Assembly: GCA_036771295.1 (NCBI GenBank)
Contig: DAIPHP010000001.1
Span: 648 to 64,647, forward strand
Direction of reading: 5' to 3'
Origin: Ilumatobacteraceae bacterium
GTDB lineage: Bacteria > Actinomycetota > Acidimicrobiia > Acidimicrobiales > Ilumatobacteraceae
Length of the DNA stretch: 64,000 nucleotides
Positions 10,995-20,493 of this stretch are shown here, one piece after another; the first letter of the stretch is position 1, and every line of letters begins with the position of its first letter. Position numbers and translations under genes: made by a program. Under the pieces are notes generated by a model. It worked only from the letters and a program-made list of their open reading frames with translations. It ran no database searches and was not told the origin of the DNA.

Positions 10995-11768
10995 ATGCCG
11001 TACGCGGTGTCGACTCCGGTTTTTGAAGGTCCGTTCGACCTGCTGTTGCACCTGATCCTGCAAGAAGAAGTCGACATCCACGAAGTGTCGCTCTCGCGAA
11101 TCGTCGAGGCGTACTTGTCGGAGCTGGAGAAGATGAAGTCGCTCGACCTGGAGATCGCCACCGAGTTCCTGCTGATCGCCGCCACGCTCATCGACTTGAA
11201 GGCTCGCCGCCTGTTGCCAACCGGCGACGACGGGGAGCTCGACGAAGAACTGGCGCTCTGGGAAGAGCGCGACATCCTGCTTGCCCGACTGCTGGACTGC
11301 AAAACCTTCAAGGATGTCTCTGCGGTCATGCATGACCTCATCGAGCGGGCAGAACTGACGCATCCGCGGCTTGCGGGACCCGATGAACGGTTCGAATCTC
11401 TTCTGCCCGACCTGCTGGAAGGCGTGTCGCCATTGCGTGTGCAGCGCGCGTTCTTGCGGGCCACCGAGCCGAAGGGCCCGGTGTCGATCGACCTGTTTCA
11501 CGTCGCCCCGATTCGCGCGAGCGTGTCGGACGCGCTCGACGAGCTCGTGCGGGTGCTGCCGTCTCGCGGAGCGGTGACGTTTCGCGAGCTGGTGGCGGGG
11601 ATCGCCGACCGTATCGAGGTGGTCGTGAGATTCCTTGCGATCCTCGAGCTCTTCAAACAGGGGAGACTTGACATCACCCAAGCGGAACGATTCGGCGAAA
11701 TCACGTTGGTGTGGAACCCGGACGCCGCCGCCGACGGTCTCGGCGTGATCGACAACTACGACGGCTGA
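10995..11768 (+). CDS. scpA: Segregation and condensation protein A
   Basis: FEGPFDLLLHLI N-terminal signature, followed by scpB. ATG at 10995 chosen; the longer track ORF overlaps trpS antisense. Confidence 0.9.
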   Translation: MPYAVSTPVFEGPFDLLLHLILQEEVDIHEVSLSRIVEAYLSELEKMKSLDLEIATEFLLIAATLIDLKARRLLPTGDDGELDEELALWEERDILLARLLDCKTFKDVSAVMHDLIERAELTHPRLAGPDERFESLLPDLLEGVSPLRVQRAFLRATEPKGPVSIDLFHVAPIRASVSDALDELVRVLPSRGAVTFRELVAGIADRIEVVVRFLAILELFKQGRLDITQAERFGEITLVWNPDAAADGLGVIDNYDG

Positions 11769-11778
11769 GAGGCGAACC

Positions 11779-12381
11779 ATGGCAAAAGTGACGAACGGAG
11801 AGCTCGATCCCGAGATCGTGAAGGCACTCGAGGCGATCCTGCTGGTGGCCGTGGAGCCGGTGACGATCAAGTTGCTCGCGCAAGTGCTGGAACAACCGTC
11901 CTCGGTCGTCGAGGTGCTGTGCAACCGGTTGGCTGCGTCGTATGACGAGGCGGGCCATGGTTTCCAGCTGGTGCGAGTGGCGGGCGGGTTTCGTCTGCAG
12001 AGTCGTCCCGAAGTTTCTGCCTACGTGGAGCGATTCATCCTCGACGGTCAACAGGCTCGTATCTCATCTGCCGCCTTGGAGACGCTTGCCATCATCGCGT
12101 ACAAGCAACCCATCTCACGCACGCAGATCTCCGCTATTCGTGGAGTCGATCCGGAGTCGGTGCTGCGCACGCTGCAGGCGCGCGGCTACATCACTGAGAT
12201 TTCGCGAGATGAAGGTCCGGGACTTGCCGTCATGTACGGAACGACGCCGTTGTTCCTCGAACGTCTCGGGCTCAATTCGCTGGAAGACCTGCCGCCGATC
12301 AGCGACTTCGTGCCTGACGCCGGCGTGGTTGAGGCGCTTGAAGCAGGACTGCGAGTGGTGCCCGACACGACCACGTCGTGA
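11779..12381 (+). CDS. scpB: Segregation and condensation protein B
   Basis: LEAILLVAVEPV, AALETLAIIAYKQPISRTQISAIRGV winged-helix repeats. Confidence 0.9.
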   Translation: MAKVTNGELDPEIVKALEAILLVAVEPVTIKLLAQVLEQPSSVVEVLCNRLAASYDEAGHGFQLVRVAGGFRLQSRPEVSAYVERFILDGQQARISSAALETLAIIAYKQPISRTQISAIRGVDPESVLRTLQARGYITEISRDEGPGLAVMYGTTPLFLERLGLNSLEDLPPISDFVPDAGVVEALEAGLRVVPDTTTS

Positions 12382-13148
12382 CCGCCGACGAGATTACGGG
12401 CGACGGCGACGAAGGCGCCGTGCCGAATACAGTTCCGGAAACAGACGGCGAGCGGCTGCAGAAGGTGCTCGCACAGCGCGGATTCGGTAGTCGACGCGCG
12501 TGCGAAGTGTTGATCGAAGAAGGTCGTGTCACGGTCAACGGCGAAGTCGCGAGTCTCGGTCGCCGAGTGAACGTCGACAGTGACCATGTCGCCGTGGATG
12601 GCGTGCCTGTCGGGGTGCGACCAGACCTCGTGTATTACCTGCTGCACAAGCCCTACAACGTGATCACGACGGCCAAAGACACCCACGATCGCGTCACCGT
12701 CGTTGAGCTCGTGCCGCAGGAGCCTCGCGTGCACCCGGTCGGTCGGCTCGACCTCGACTCGGAAGGGCTCATCATTCTCACCAACGACGGCGAGCTGACC
12801 CACCGACTGACCCACCCGAGTTTCGGCGTCGAGAAGGAGTACCTCGTGCACGTGCGCAGTGGCCCCGACGGCGTACCCGAGAGTGCTCTCAACAAGTTGC
12901 GCAAGGGAGTGGAACTGGATGACGGGATGACCGCACCTGCGAAAGTGGGGCAAGTGCAGCCCGGCGTACTGCGCATCGTCATCCATGAAGGTCGTCATCG
13001 CCAAGTGCGGCGGATGTGCGATGCCGTCGGACACGAAGTCAATCGTCTGGTGCGCACGCGCATCGGCCCGATCACGGACTCGACTCTCGGGCCAGGTGAA
13101 TGGCGGCATCTCACTGCCCAAGAGGTGCGGGCCCTCGCCGTACGCTGA
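12378..13148 (+). CDS. rluB: Pseudouridine synthase (RluB/RsuA family)
   Basis: S4 domain RLQKVLAQRGFGSRRACEVLIEEGRVTVNG; catalytic HPVGRLDLDSEGLIILTNDG. GTGA overlap with scpB. Confidence 0.9.
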   Translation: MTADEITGDGDEGAVPNTVPETDGERLQKVLAQRGFGSRRACEVLIEEGRVTVNGEVASLGRRVNVDSDHVAVDGVPVGVRPDLVYYLLHKPYNVITTAKDTHDRVTVVELVPQEPRVHPVGRLDLDSEGLIILTNDGELTHRLTHPSFGVEKEYLVHVRSGPDGVPESALNKLRKGVELDDGMTAPAKVGQVQPGVLRIVIHEGRHRQVRRMCDAVGHEVNRLVRTRIGPITDSTLGPGEWRHLTAQEVRALAVR

Positions 13149-13154
13149 AATGCC

Positions 13155-14213
13155 GTGACAAAGCGCGCAAACGTGCTCGGCCTCGGTCTCATCGGCGGTT
13201 CCGTCGCGGCGGCGTTGCGCGCACGGGGGTGGCACGTTTCTGGCAAAGACGACGATTCCGATCGCGAAACTGACGCGCTCAGTCGGGGTTTCATCGACTC
13301 CCGCGGCATCGACGGTCGAGCCGAAATGTCGTTCGTCGCGACGCCCGTGTCGAAGGTGGTCGATGGTGTGCGACTCCTGCTTGAGACCACGAGCGGCGTC
13401 GTCACCGACGTCGGATCGGTGAAGGCACCGATTGCGGAAGCAATCACCGACGCTCGTTTCGTGGCGGGTCACCCGATGGCCGGCAGCGAGCTGCAGGGCC
13501 TCGACGGTGCCGATGCCGAGATGTTTCGGGGCGCCGTCTGGGTGCTGTGTCCGTCGCCGACGACGAGCGACGACGCGTTCGAGCAGGTCGCCTCGCTCGT
13601 GCGGGAACTCGGCGGGGACGTGCTCGCCCTGCCTGCCGCCCGACACGATCAGTTGGTGGCGGTCACCAGCCACTTGCCGCATCTCGCGGCAGCGACGTTG
13701 TTGTCGCTCGCGCGATCGCGCGCCGACGATCATGCTGCAGTGATGCGTCTCGCCGCCGGAGGCTTTCGCGACATGACGCGCGTGGCGAGCGGTCACCCCG
13801 CGATTTGGCTCGACATCTGCCGCGAGAATCAGGCGGCGATCGTCGATGCGATCGACGCGATGATCGACGGCCTTGGCGACATGCGCAAGATCGTCGAAGA
13901 GGCCGACTCGACTGCACTGCTGTCGCGCCTCTCTGATGCGCGCTCGGTGCGGGCGAACCTGCCTGGCCGCGTTCGAGAGCTCACCGACGTTGTTGAAGTG
14001 CGAATTCCGATCCCTGACCGGCCAGGAGCGGCAGCGGAGGTGTTCACGCTTGCCGCCGAGCTCGGCGTCAATACGGCGAACTTCGAGGTCAGCCACTCGG
14101 TGGAAGGCGATCGCGGGGTTCTGGTCATGGTGGTGGATGCCGCGTCTGCCGACGTGTTTCGCGGCGGGTTGATCGCTCGCGGCTTCAAGCCGGCAGTGTC
14201 ACGAGTCGTCTGA
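13155..14213 (+). CDS. tyrA: Prephenate dehydrogenase with C-terminal ACT-like domain
   Basis: Rossmann GLGLIGGS, GHPMAGSE, SHLPHLAA motifs; followed by aroA. Confidence 0.85.
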   Translation: MTKRANVLGLGLIGGSVAAALRARGWHVSGKDDDSDRETDALSRGFIDSRGIDGRAEMSFVATPVSKVVDGVRLLLETTSGVVTDVGSVKAPIAEAITDARFVAGHPMAGSELQGLDGADAEMFRGAVWVLCPSPTTSDDAFEQVASLVRELGGDVLALPAARHDQLVAVTSHLPHLAAATLLSLARSRADDHAAVMRLAAGGFRDMTRVASGHPAIWLDICRENQAAIVDAIDAMIDGLGDMRKIVEEADSTALLSRLSDARSVRANLPGRVRELTDVVEVRIPIPDRPGAAAEVFTLAAELGVNTANFEVSHSVEGDRGVLVMVVDAASADVFRGGLIARGFKPAVSRVV

Positions 14214-14216
14214 CGC

Positions 14217-15521
14217 GTGGCGACAGAAGCATTCTCCGTCGCGACGGCACCGTTGCTCGGCGCCGTCGAAGTGCCCGGATCCAAGTCGGTCAGCAACAGG
14301 GCGTTGGTGTGCGCGGCCTTGGCACACGGTGCAAGCAGGTTGCACGGTCTCGCCGACGGTGACGACACCAACAAGATGCTCGCGGGCCTCCGGCAACTCG
14401 GCGCCGTGGTGGAAGACGCGACGGCCAAGAGTCATTTCACAGCGGTGCGCGGACCCATTGACCTACAGTCGACGGCGGCGGTCACGGTGGATGCCGGCCT
14501 GGCGGGCACGACCTCTCGGTTCCTGACTGCAGTGGCGGCGTTGCGACGGGGCCCGACAACGGTCACCGGTGAGCCCGGATTGCGCGCCAGGCCGATGGGT
14601 GAGTTGCACCGGATTCTTCGTGAGCTCGGGTTCGTGGTGAGCGCCGAGCGCGAAGGACATTTGCCGGTGATCGTGCAGTCGAAGGACGTCTCGTCGGTCG
14701 CTCGCCATGGCGAGACGGCTCGCGAACTCCGCGTGAGCGGAGAAGTCTCGAGTCAATTCGTCTCCGCGGTGATGATGATCGCTCCGCTCATCGGTGGCAT
14801 CCGACTGCGCCTCGCCGGGCCCGTGGTGTCGCGCGGGTACCTCGACATGACGGCCGAGGTGATGCGAGCGTTCGGGACCGACGTCGAAGTCCGCGAGGAC
14901 GAGGTCATCGTGGCGAAGGGATCGTACGCTGCGACGGACTACGTGGTTGACGCCGACTGGTCGTCGGCAAGTTACCCGTTCGCGGCCGCGGCGATCATCG
15001 GAGGCGAAGTGACGGTTCCGAGATTGCGGCGCAACGGCACACAACCCGAGGAGGACTTCACCGAGGTGCTGATTGCGATGGGCTGCTCGGTTCGTGTCAC
15101 CGACTCGGCGGTCATGGTGAGCCGGGCTCCAGATTCTGCACTCCGTGGAATCGACGTCGATATGTCGTCAATGAGCGACCTGGTGCCGACGCTTGCGACC
15201 ATCGCGGCGTGTGCGACGTCGGCGTCGCGGATTCGTGGCGTGGGGTTCATCCGCGCCAAAGAAAGCGACCGCCTCGGCGACCTGGCCCGAGAGATGACCG
15301 CGTGCGGATGTCGCGTGTCCGTCGAGCCTGACGGCTTGCGCATCGAACCTGCCGCGCTTCGACCAGCAGTGCTCGACACCCACGACGACCACCGACTGGC
15401 GATGTCGCTCGCGCTCCTCGGCCTTCGCCAGCAGGGCGTCGAGGTGAGCAACCCGGCGGTGGTGTCGAAGTCATGGCCCGCGTACTGGCAGTCGATGCGA
15501 TCGGGTCTCTCGCTCTCGTAG
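14217..15521 (+). CDS. aroA: 3-phosphoshikimate 1-carboxyvinyltransferase (EPSP synthase)
   Basis: VPGSKSVSNRAL, LAGTTSRF, KESDRL, DDHRLAMS motifs. Confidence 0.95.
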   Translation: MATEAFSVATAPLLGAVEVPGSKSVSNRALVCAALAHGASRLHGLADGDDTNKMLAGLRQLGAVVEDATAKSHFTAVRGPIDLQSTAAVTVDAGLAGTTSRFLTAVAALRRGPTTVTGEPGLRARPMGELHRILRELGFVVSAEREGHLPVIVQSKDVSSVARHGETARELRVSGEVSSQFVSAVMMIAPLIGGIRLRLAGPVVSRGYLDMTAEVMRAFGTDVEVREDEVIVAKGSYAATDYVVDADWSSASYPFAAAAIIGGEVTVPRLRRNGTQPEEDFTEVLIAMGCSVRVTDSAVMVSRAPDSALRGIDVDMSSMSDLVPTLATIAACATSASRIRGVGFIRAKESDRLGDLAREMTACGCRVSVEPDGLRIEPAALRPAVLDTHDDHRLAMSLALLGLRQQGVEVSNPAVVSKSWPAYWQSMRSGLSLS

Positions 15522-15555
15522 TACCCGTGGGGAGCAGGTCGAATGGCTCCCGTCC

Positions 15556-16500
15556 TCAGAGTCGGGCCACGTCGAGCAGTCGACGACCCGGTCCGAACCG
15601 TGGAGCACCGAAGCCCGCTCGTTCGAGAGTTCGCACCACTTGCCAGCGTTGCAAGGGGTAAGCGGCCAGCGAGTGCTCCATTTCTTCGTCCGAGCCGCGC
15701 GGGCGACCGTGGAGCGCCCATGAGACCGTGTTTTTGACGTGGAAATCGCCGAACGGTACGGCGTCAGCATCGCCGTGCGACACTCCGACGCTGACCGCCG
15801 CCGTCCACACGCCGATACCCGGCAGCTTCATGAGCGCAGACCGCGCTGCCGATGGGTCGAGATCCCTCGTTCGGTCGATGTACGGCGCGTGGCGAGCGGC
15901 AGTGCGCAATGTTTTGGCTCGTTGTTCCTCAATCCCGAGGCGGTGGAAGTCCCAGGAGGGCACCGCGAGCAGTCGTTCGGGGGCCGGTGGCAGTCGAAGC
16001 CCGAGCGGCCCCGGCGCGACGTCACCGTAGCGATCGCACAGCAGGGCCCACTGCCGCAGCGCCTGTGCAGCGGTGATTCGCTGGCCGAGTATCGCGGGGA
16101 GCATCTCGTGATAGGGGGTGTCGCTGGCAGGCAGGTGCAGATGGCCGACCTCTCGAACTGCCCGCCGGACCGCTTCGTGTCGGGCGACGATCGGGGAAAA
16201 CGGTGTCGCGTGCGCCGAGAGACGCTCGGCGCGCGCTGCGAGCCAGCTTCCGCCTGGTCCCCATGCGGTGACGTCATGAGTGCCGTCTCCCGAAACGTCG
16301 ATACTGACGCTTCCAGGGCCGTCCGGGGTGAGGCTGGCTCGCTGGATGCGCGCCATCAAGGGGTGTGTCGTCGGGTGAGCGGCTCGTTCGATCGCGAACG
16401 AGACGACCACGCGGGTGGTCGGATCTCGGCTGCCGTTGCGAAGCAGCGTGAAGTCGTAGGCGTGTCGCATTTCGGAGCGATCGTCGTCGCGAGGCGTCAC
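15556..16500 (-). CDS. DNA-3-methyladenine glycosylase II family (AlkA-like, HhH-GPD)
   Basis: Helix-hairpin-helix LMKLPGIGVWTA and the downstream GDADAVPFGDFHV (catalytic Asp region). Confidence 0.75.
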   Translation of the reverse strand: MTPRDDDRSEMRHAYDFTLLRNGSRDPTTRVVVSFAIERAAHPTTHPLMARIQRASLTPDGPGSVSIDVSGDGTHDVTAWGPGGSWLAARAERLSAHATPFSPIVARHEAVRRAVREVGHLHLPASDTPYHEMLPAILGQRITAAQALRQWALLCDRYGDVAPGPLGLRLPPAPERLLAVPSWDFHRLGIEEQRAKTLRTAARHAPYIDRTRDLDPSAARSALMKLPGIGVWTAAVSVGVSHGDADAVPFGDFHVKNTVSWALHGRPRGSDEEMEHSLAAYPLQRWQVVRTLERAGFGAPRFGPGRRLLDVARL

Positions 16501-16574
16501 GGTGACGACAATACGTGGAGGGTGTCGGCGGGCGCGTGCACTAGATTCTTCGCATCAGGAGACGGAGGAACTAG

Positions 16575-17069
16575 GTGTCGGCACGAGAGATCATGACGTG
16601 GGATTCGTTCGGCTCGGCGAGTCGCGAGCTCGCGACGCAGATCGCGAAGTCGGGATACGAGCCGGACATCATCCTTGCGATCGCGCGCGGCGGGCTGCTG
16701 GCCGCAGGGGCCCTCGGGTACGCGCTCTCGGTGAAGAACACCTACACCTTGAACGTGGAGTTCTACACCGGCGTCGACGAACGACTCGCGGTTCCGATCA
16801 TGCTGCCGCCCGTGCCTTCGCTCATCGACCTGCGCGAGTCGCGAGTGCTGATCGTCGACGACGTCGCCGACACGGGGCACACGTTGAAGCTCGTGAACGA
16901 TTTCTGCTCCGGACAAGTGAAGGAGTCGCGCATCGCCGTGCTGTATGAAAAGTCCACGTCGGTCGTGAAGTGCGATTACGTGTGGAAGCGCACGGACGAG
17001 TGGATCAACTTCCCGTGGAGCGACAAGGAACCCGTTGCCAAGCGCGAGTGGAGCGTTCGCGACGCCTGA
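16575..17069 (+). CDS. Phosphoribosyltransferase (purine PRT-like)
   Basis: PRPP-binding loop VLIVDDVADTGHTL; about 160 aa, Gpt/Xpt-like size. Confidence 0.8.
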   Translation: MSAREIMTWDSFGSASRELATQIAKSGYEPDIILAIARGGLLAAGALGYALSVKNTYTLNVEFYTGVDERLAVPIMLPPVPSLIDLRESRVLIVDDVADTGHTLKLVNDFCSGQVKESRIAVLYEKSTSVVKCDYVWKRTDEWINFPWSDKEPVAKREWSVRDA

Positions 17070-17086
17070 CCGGCGGCCCGCCGCTG

Positions 17087-18259
17087 CTACGGCAGTGATA
17101 TCGCGGGGTTCAGAAATTCGTTCGTCGTGATGTCGGCCGGTACGACGTCGGGTACTTCGAGACCCTGCTCGCGCAATATCGGCAGGGCCAGGGCGATGAA
17201 CTCCTCGATCCGGGGAGACTCGAAGTCGCCGAAGGTGGGCGTGGATCCGTTGCCCACGATGCCCAGGTCGTTCATTGCTTGTACTGCGTAGGCGGCCAGC
17301 TCGGCCGACTGCGACCATGACGTGTCCAGTTTCGCGACCACGTCGAGCAACGTGGCGATGGTTCGCTCGGGATTTGAGACGAAGTCGATCTGTGCTTGCT
17401 GCATGAGCGGCACGAGCTTGCTGAGGCACGGTCGCAACGCATCGAGCCGCAGCTTGTTGATGGCCAGGTTTTGCGGATACGACGTCCAACCGGCATCGTG
17501 GATCAATTCAAAAGCCGTGTTGATGCTTCCCGACTCGAGGGTCGAGTATCGAAACGGTTCGCTCGTGGCGAAACCCTGGTGGGCGACGTCGTCGGTGGCC
17601 AACATCAGCGACCCTTTGTAATTGCCGTCGACCTTCTCCGGGGCGATTGCTCCCTTGGCGACGAAGTAGCGCATGAACGGGCGGTCTCCGAAGACGCTGA
17701 CGGCCGGCACTTCTTGCGCGATGTCGGCGATCGTGACGGCGTCTGGGTGCTTGTCGGCGTTCCACAGGATCACCTGCGGATTCTTGACGAGCGCGTTGAA
17801 GACGGCGAGTGTCGGTGCCTCTGCATAGCGGGAGAGCGCGACGTCGGTACCGACGTAGCCGAACATGATCCCTCCGTCGAGGAACATCTCCGTGACGACG
17901 GGCGATTCGATGAACGGGCCGCCCGCTCGAATCTCCAGATCGACGCCGGTGTCGACACCCTGGAACACGAGCGAGCCGGTCGTCGCGCCGCGTGTCGCAT
18001 CGACGACGTAGTCGCTGCCGAGCAGCTCGTAGATTCCGCCGTGCTCGGCCTGCGGGTACCAGTCGGTTTGCACGACGATCGGCGAAAAACAGGCGTCCCG
18101 CAAGTCGATCGCGTTCGTCGCGGCGGATGTCTCGGTTGGCTGCGTCGTCGAATCGCTGGTGACGGTGTCGCTTGGGTCGCTACAAGCCGCAAGCACCGCC
18201 ACACAGAGCAATGCGGCGAAGCGACGACCAAACAGAGGGTGTCTCAGGAGCGATCCCAT
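17087..18259 (-). CDS. ABC transporter substrate-binding lipoprotein (NMT1/THI5-like, NitT/TauT type)
   Basis: Signal peptide with lipobox LAAC. Downstream of the matching permease and ATPase genes on the same strand. Confidence 0.75.
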   Translation of the reverse strand: MGSLLRHPLFGRRFAALLCVAVLAACSDPSDTVTSDSTTQPTETSAATNAIDLRDACFSPIVVQTDWYPQAEHGGIYELLGSDYVVDATRGATTGSLVFQGVDTGVDLEIRAGGPFIESPVVTEMFLDGGIMFGYVGTDVALSRYAEAPTLAVFNALVKNPQVILWNADKHPDAVTIADIAQEVPAVSVFGDRPFMRYFVAKGAIAPEKVDGNYKGSLMLATDDVAHQGFATSEPFRYSTLESGSINTAFELIHDAGWTSYPQNLAINKLRLDALRPCLSKLVPLMQQAQIDFVSNPERTIATLLDVVAKLDTSWSQSAELAAYAVQAMNDLGIVGNGSTPTFGDFESPRIEEFIALALPILREQGLEVPDVVPADITTNEFLNPAISLP

Positions 18260-19035
18260 GGAGAAACCAAGAGCCTACGCAGGCCGGCCACCACGAGGAA
18301 GAACCCAAGTCCGACGAGCACGGCCACGAACGACGTCACGAACATCGGGCCCGAGCGTGTGTCTTGGAAGAAAAAGATGACGAGCCGACCCAACCCGGGC
18401 GTGCCGCGAGTGAAGAAGAAGTCGCCGACCACTGCGCCGATCACGGCAAGACCGGCAGACACGCGCATTCCCGCAAGAATCGCCGGGCTCGCAGACGGGA
18501 TCTCCAGCTTGAGCAAACGGCGCAGTCGGCTTGCGCGCGAAAGAGTGAACAAGTCGTGCAGCTCGCGCGGCACACCACGAAGCCCGAACAAGGTGTTGCT
18601 GGCGACAGGGAAGAACGCAATCAACACCGTCACGAACACTCGTGCCGAAAACGACGCTCCTGCGACTCGCACGATGATGGGGGTGAGCACGATGATCGGT
18701 GTCACCTGCAGGGCGACCAGCCATGGCCAAAGTGCGGTCTCCAGGGGTCGGGACCACGCCATCACGATGCCGAGCAGAACGCCGACGATGATCGCGATCA
18801 GGAAACCGGTCGTCGCGGTGGTGAGTGAGACGCCGAGCGCAGACCAAATGCGATCGACCGTCGGCTCGTTGAGCCCGTCGAACAACTGGTGCGGCGGCGG
18901 CACGATGAGCGCGGAACCGTCGCCTGACGCGAAGTTGTTGTCGAGCGAGTACGCGAGCGCGTACCAGCCGCCGATGATGGCGACAAAAACGGCGAAGGGC
19001 GGAACCAGACGCTTCACGAGTGCTGCTCCAGGCAT
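18244..19035 (-). CDS. ABC transporter permease (NitT/TauT family)
   Basis: About six predicted TM segments and an EAA-like loop (LSRASRLRRLLKLEIPSASPAILAGMR). ATG at 19035 chosen. Confidence 0.85.
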   Translation of the reverse strand: MPGAALVKRLVPPFAVFVAIIGGWYALAYSLDNNFASGDGSALIVPPPHQLFDGLNEPTVDRIWSALGVSLTTATTGFLIAIIVGVLLGIVMAWSRPLETALWPWLVALQVTPIIVLTPIIVRVAGASFSARVFVTVLIAFFPVASNTLFGLRGVPRELHDLFTLSRASRLRRLLKLEIPSASPAILAGMRVSAGLAVIGAVVGDFFFTRGTPGLGRLVIFFFQDTRSGPMFVTSFVAVLVGLGFFLVVAGLRRLLVSPWDRS

Positions 19036-19721
19036 GACGACACGGCGCCGCAGAACTCGGCGAACTCTGTGCTGTAGCGGCGTCGAGACGCCCTGGGCCA
19101 CGAAGGCGGCACGACGAACTCACCCACGATCGAACCGGGCGACCTCGACATCACGAGGACGCGGTCGGCAAGATAGGCAGCTTCGTCGATCGAGTGGGTC
19201 ACCAGCAACGCCGAAAAGGGATGCCGAGAGTGCAGGCGGAGCAGTTCATCGTGCAGTCGGTGGCGCGTGATTTGGTCGAGAGCGCCGAACGGTTCGTCGA
19301 GCAATACCAATGTTGGTCGCGCGGCCAGCGTACGAACCAGGGAAAGGCGCATTTTCATGCCGCCCGACAGTTCGTACGGCCACTTCTGGCGGTCTTCCCA
19401 CAGGCCAGCGGTCTTCAGCAAGTGTTCGACGTGTGCCGAGTCGTCGGAGAGGAGCCCCGCATTGCCGAGCACTCGTCGCCACGAAAGCAGAGCGGGTTCT
19501 TGGAAGACGAACCCCAATCGTGCGTCAGCTGTCTCTACGGTGCCTTCCGAGGGCTGCTCGAGGCCGGCGCAGACTCGAAGCAGCGTGGTCTTGCCGCAAC
19601 CGCTCGGGCCGACCACCGCGACGATTTCGTGTTCTCGGAGCGTCAGTGAGACGTCATGCACCACCGATCGGTCAGCAAACCGGTGCGTCAACCGTCGGAC
19701 GTTGAGCACGCTCACCGCCAT
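19014..19721 (-). CDS. ABC transporter ATP-binding protein
   Basis: Walker A GPSGCGKTT, signature LSGGMKMR, Walker B LVLLDEPF. ATG at 19721. Confidence 0.92.
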   Translation of the reverse strand: MAVSVLNVRRLTHRFADRSVVHDVSLTLREHEIVAVVGPSGCGKTTLLRVCAGLEQPSEGTVETADARLGFVFQEPALLSWRRVLGNAGLLSDDSAHVEHLLKTAGLWEDRQKWPYELSGGMKMRLSLVRTLAARPTLVLLDEPFGALDQITRHRLHDELLRLHSRHPFSALLVTHSIDEAAYLADRVLVMSRSPGSIVGEFVVPPSWPRASRRRYSTEFAEFCGAVSSCLEQHS

Positions 19722-20482
19722 TGGCCGCGCTCGTGAATCACCTCTCGCAGGGCCGTCACGCGATCCGTCATGATGCCGTCGACGTGCAGGTCGAGCAGTC
19801 TGCGCATCTCGTCGGGGTCGTCGATCGTCCACACGTGCACCTGCAACCCGGCTGCGTGCGCGCCATCGACGAACGACTTCGTCACGATGGGTAGCGGACC
19901 CTGTCGGACCGGAACCTGGGCGGCGAGCGGAGCCGCGACGCCGTTGAAGCGCGGAGTGCGGCCAACCCACGTGCCCAGCCGCACTTTCGCAACGTCTCGG
20001 GGCCCCATCGAGGTGCACACACGGGGGCCGTATCGTTCGCGAACTGCGTCGAGGCGGGAGTCGCTGAACGAGCCGATGCACACGCGGTCGAAGACGTCGT
20101 CGTGGTCGAGCCGCTGCAAGAGGTAGGGCAACGCGTGGTCACTCTTGCAATCGATGTTGAACTTTGCGTCGGGCCATGTGCTGAGCAATTCATCGAGCCG
20201 AGGAATCGGTTCACGACCGGCGACTCGCATGGTGGACACCTGCTCGGCGGTGAGGTCTCGAATCAGACCTGGCTGGCCGCAGGTTCGCTGCAGGTCGGCG
20301 TCATGAAAAGCGAACAGCACGCCGTCGCTCGAGGCGTGCACGTCGGTCTCCATGTATCGATAACCGAGCCGGTAGGCGTGATCGAAGGCCGGCATGGTGT
20401 TCTCGGGGTGTTCGCTGGCTCCTCCCTGATGGGCGAAAGCGATCGGCAGGGGTCCGTCAAGATACGGATGCGCGGCGGTCAT
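19712..20482 (-). CDS. Glycerophosphodiester phosphodiesterase family protein
   Basis: AHQGGASEHPENTMPAF and ETDVHASSDGVLFAFHD motifs. The stop overlaps the ABC ATPase start. Confidence 0.85.
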   Translation of the reverse strand: MTAAHPYLDGPLPIAFAHQGGASEHPENTMPAFDHAYRLGYRYMETDVHASSDGVLFAFHDADLQRTCGQPGLIRDLTAEQVSTMRVAGREPIPRLDELLSTWPDAKFNIDCKSDHALPYLLQRLDHDDVFDRVCIGSFSDSRLDAVRERYGPRVCTSMGPRDVAKVRLGTWVGRTPRFNGVAAPLAAQVPVRQGPLPIVTKSFVDGAHAAGLQVHVWTIDDPDEMRRLLDLHVDGIMTDRVTALREVIHERGQWR

Positions 20483-20493
20483 TCGTCGGACGT

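Noticed and set aside
11494-11509. parS-like half site TGTTTCACGT inside scpA.
   Set aside because: Only the left half matches the TGTTNCACGTGAAACA consensus; the right half (CGCCCC) does not. It lies within coding sequence and is most likely a chance match.
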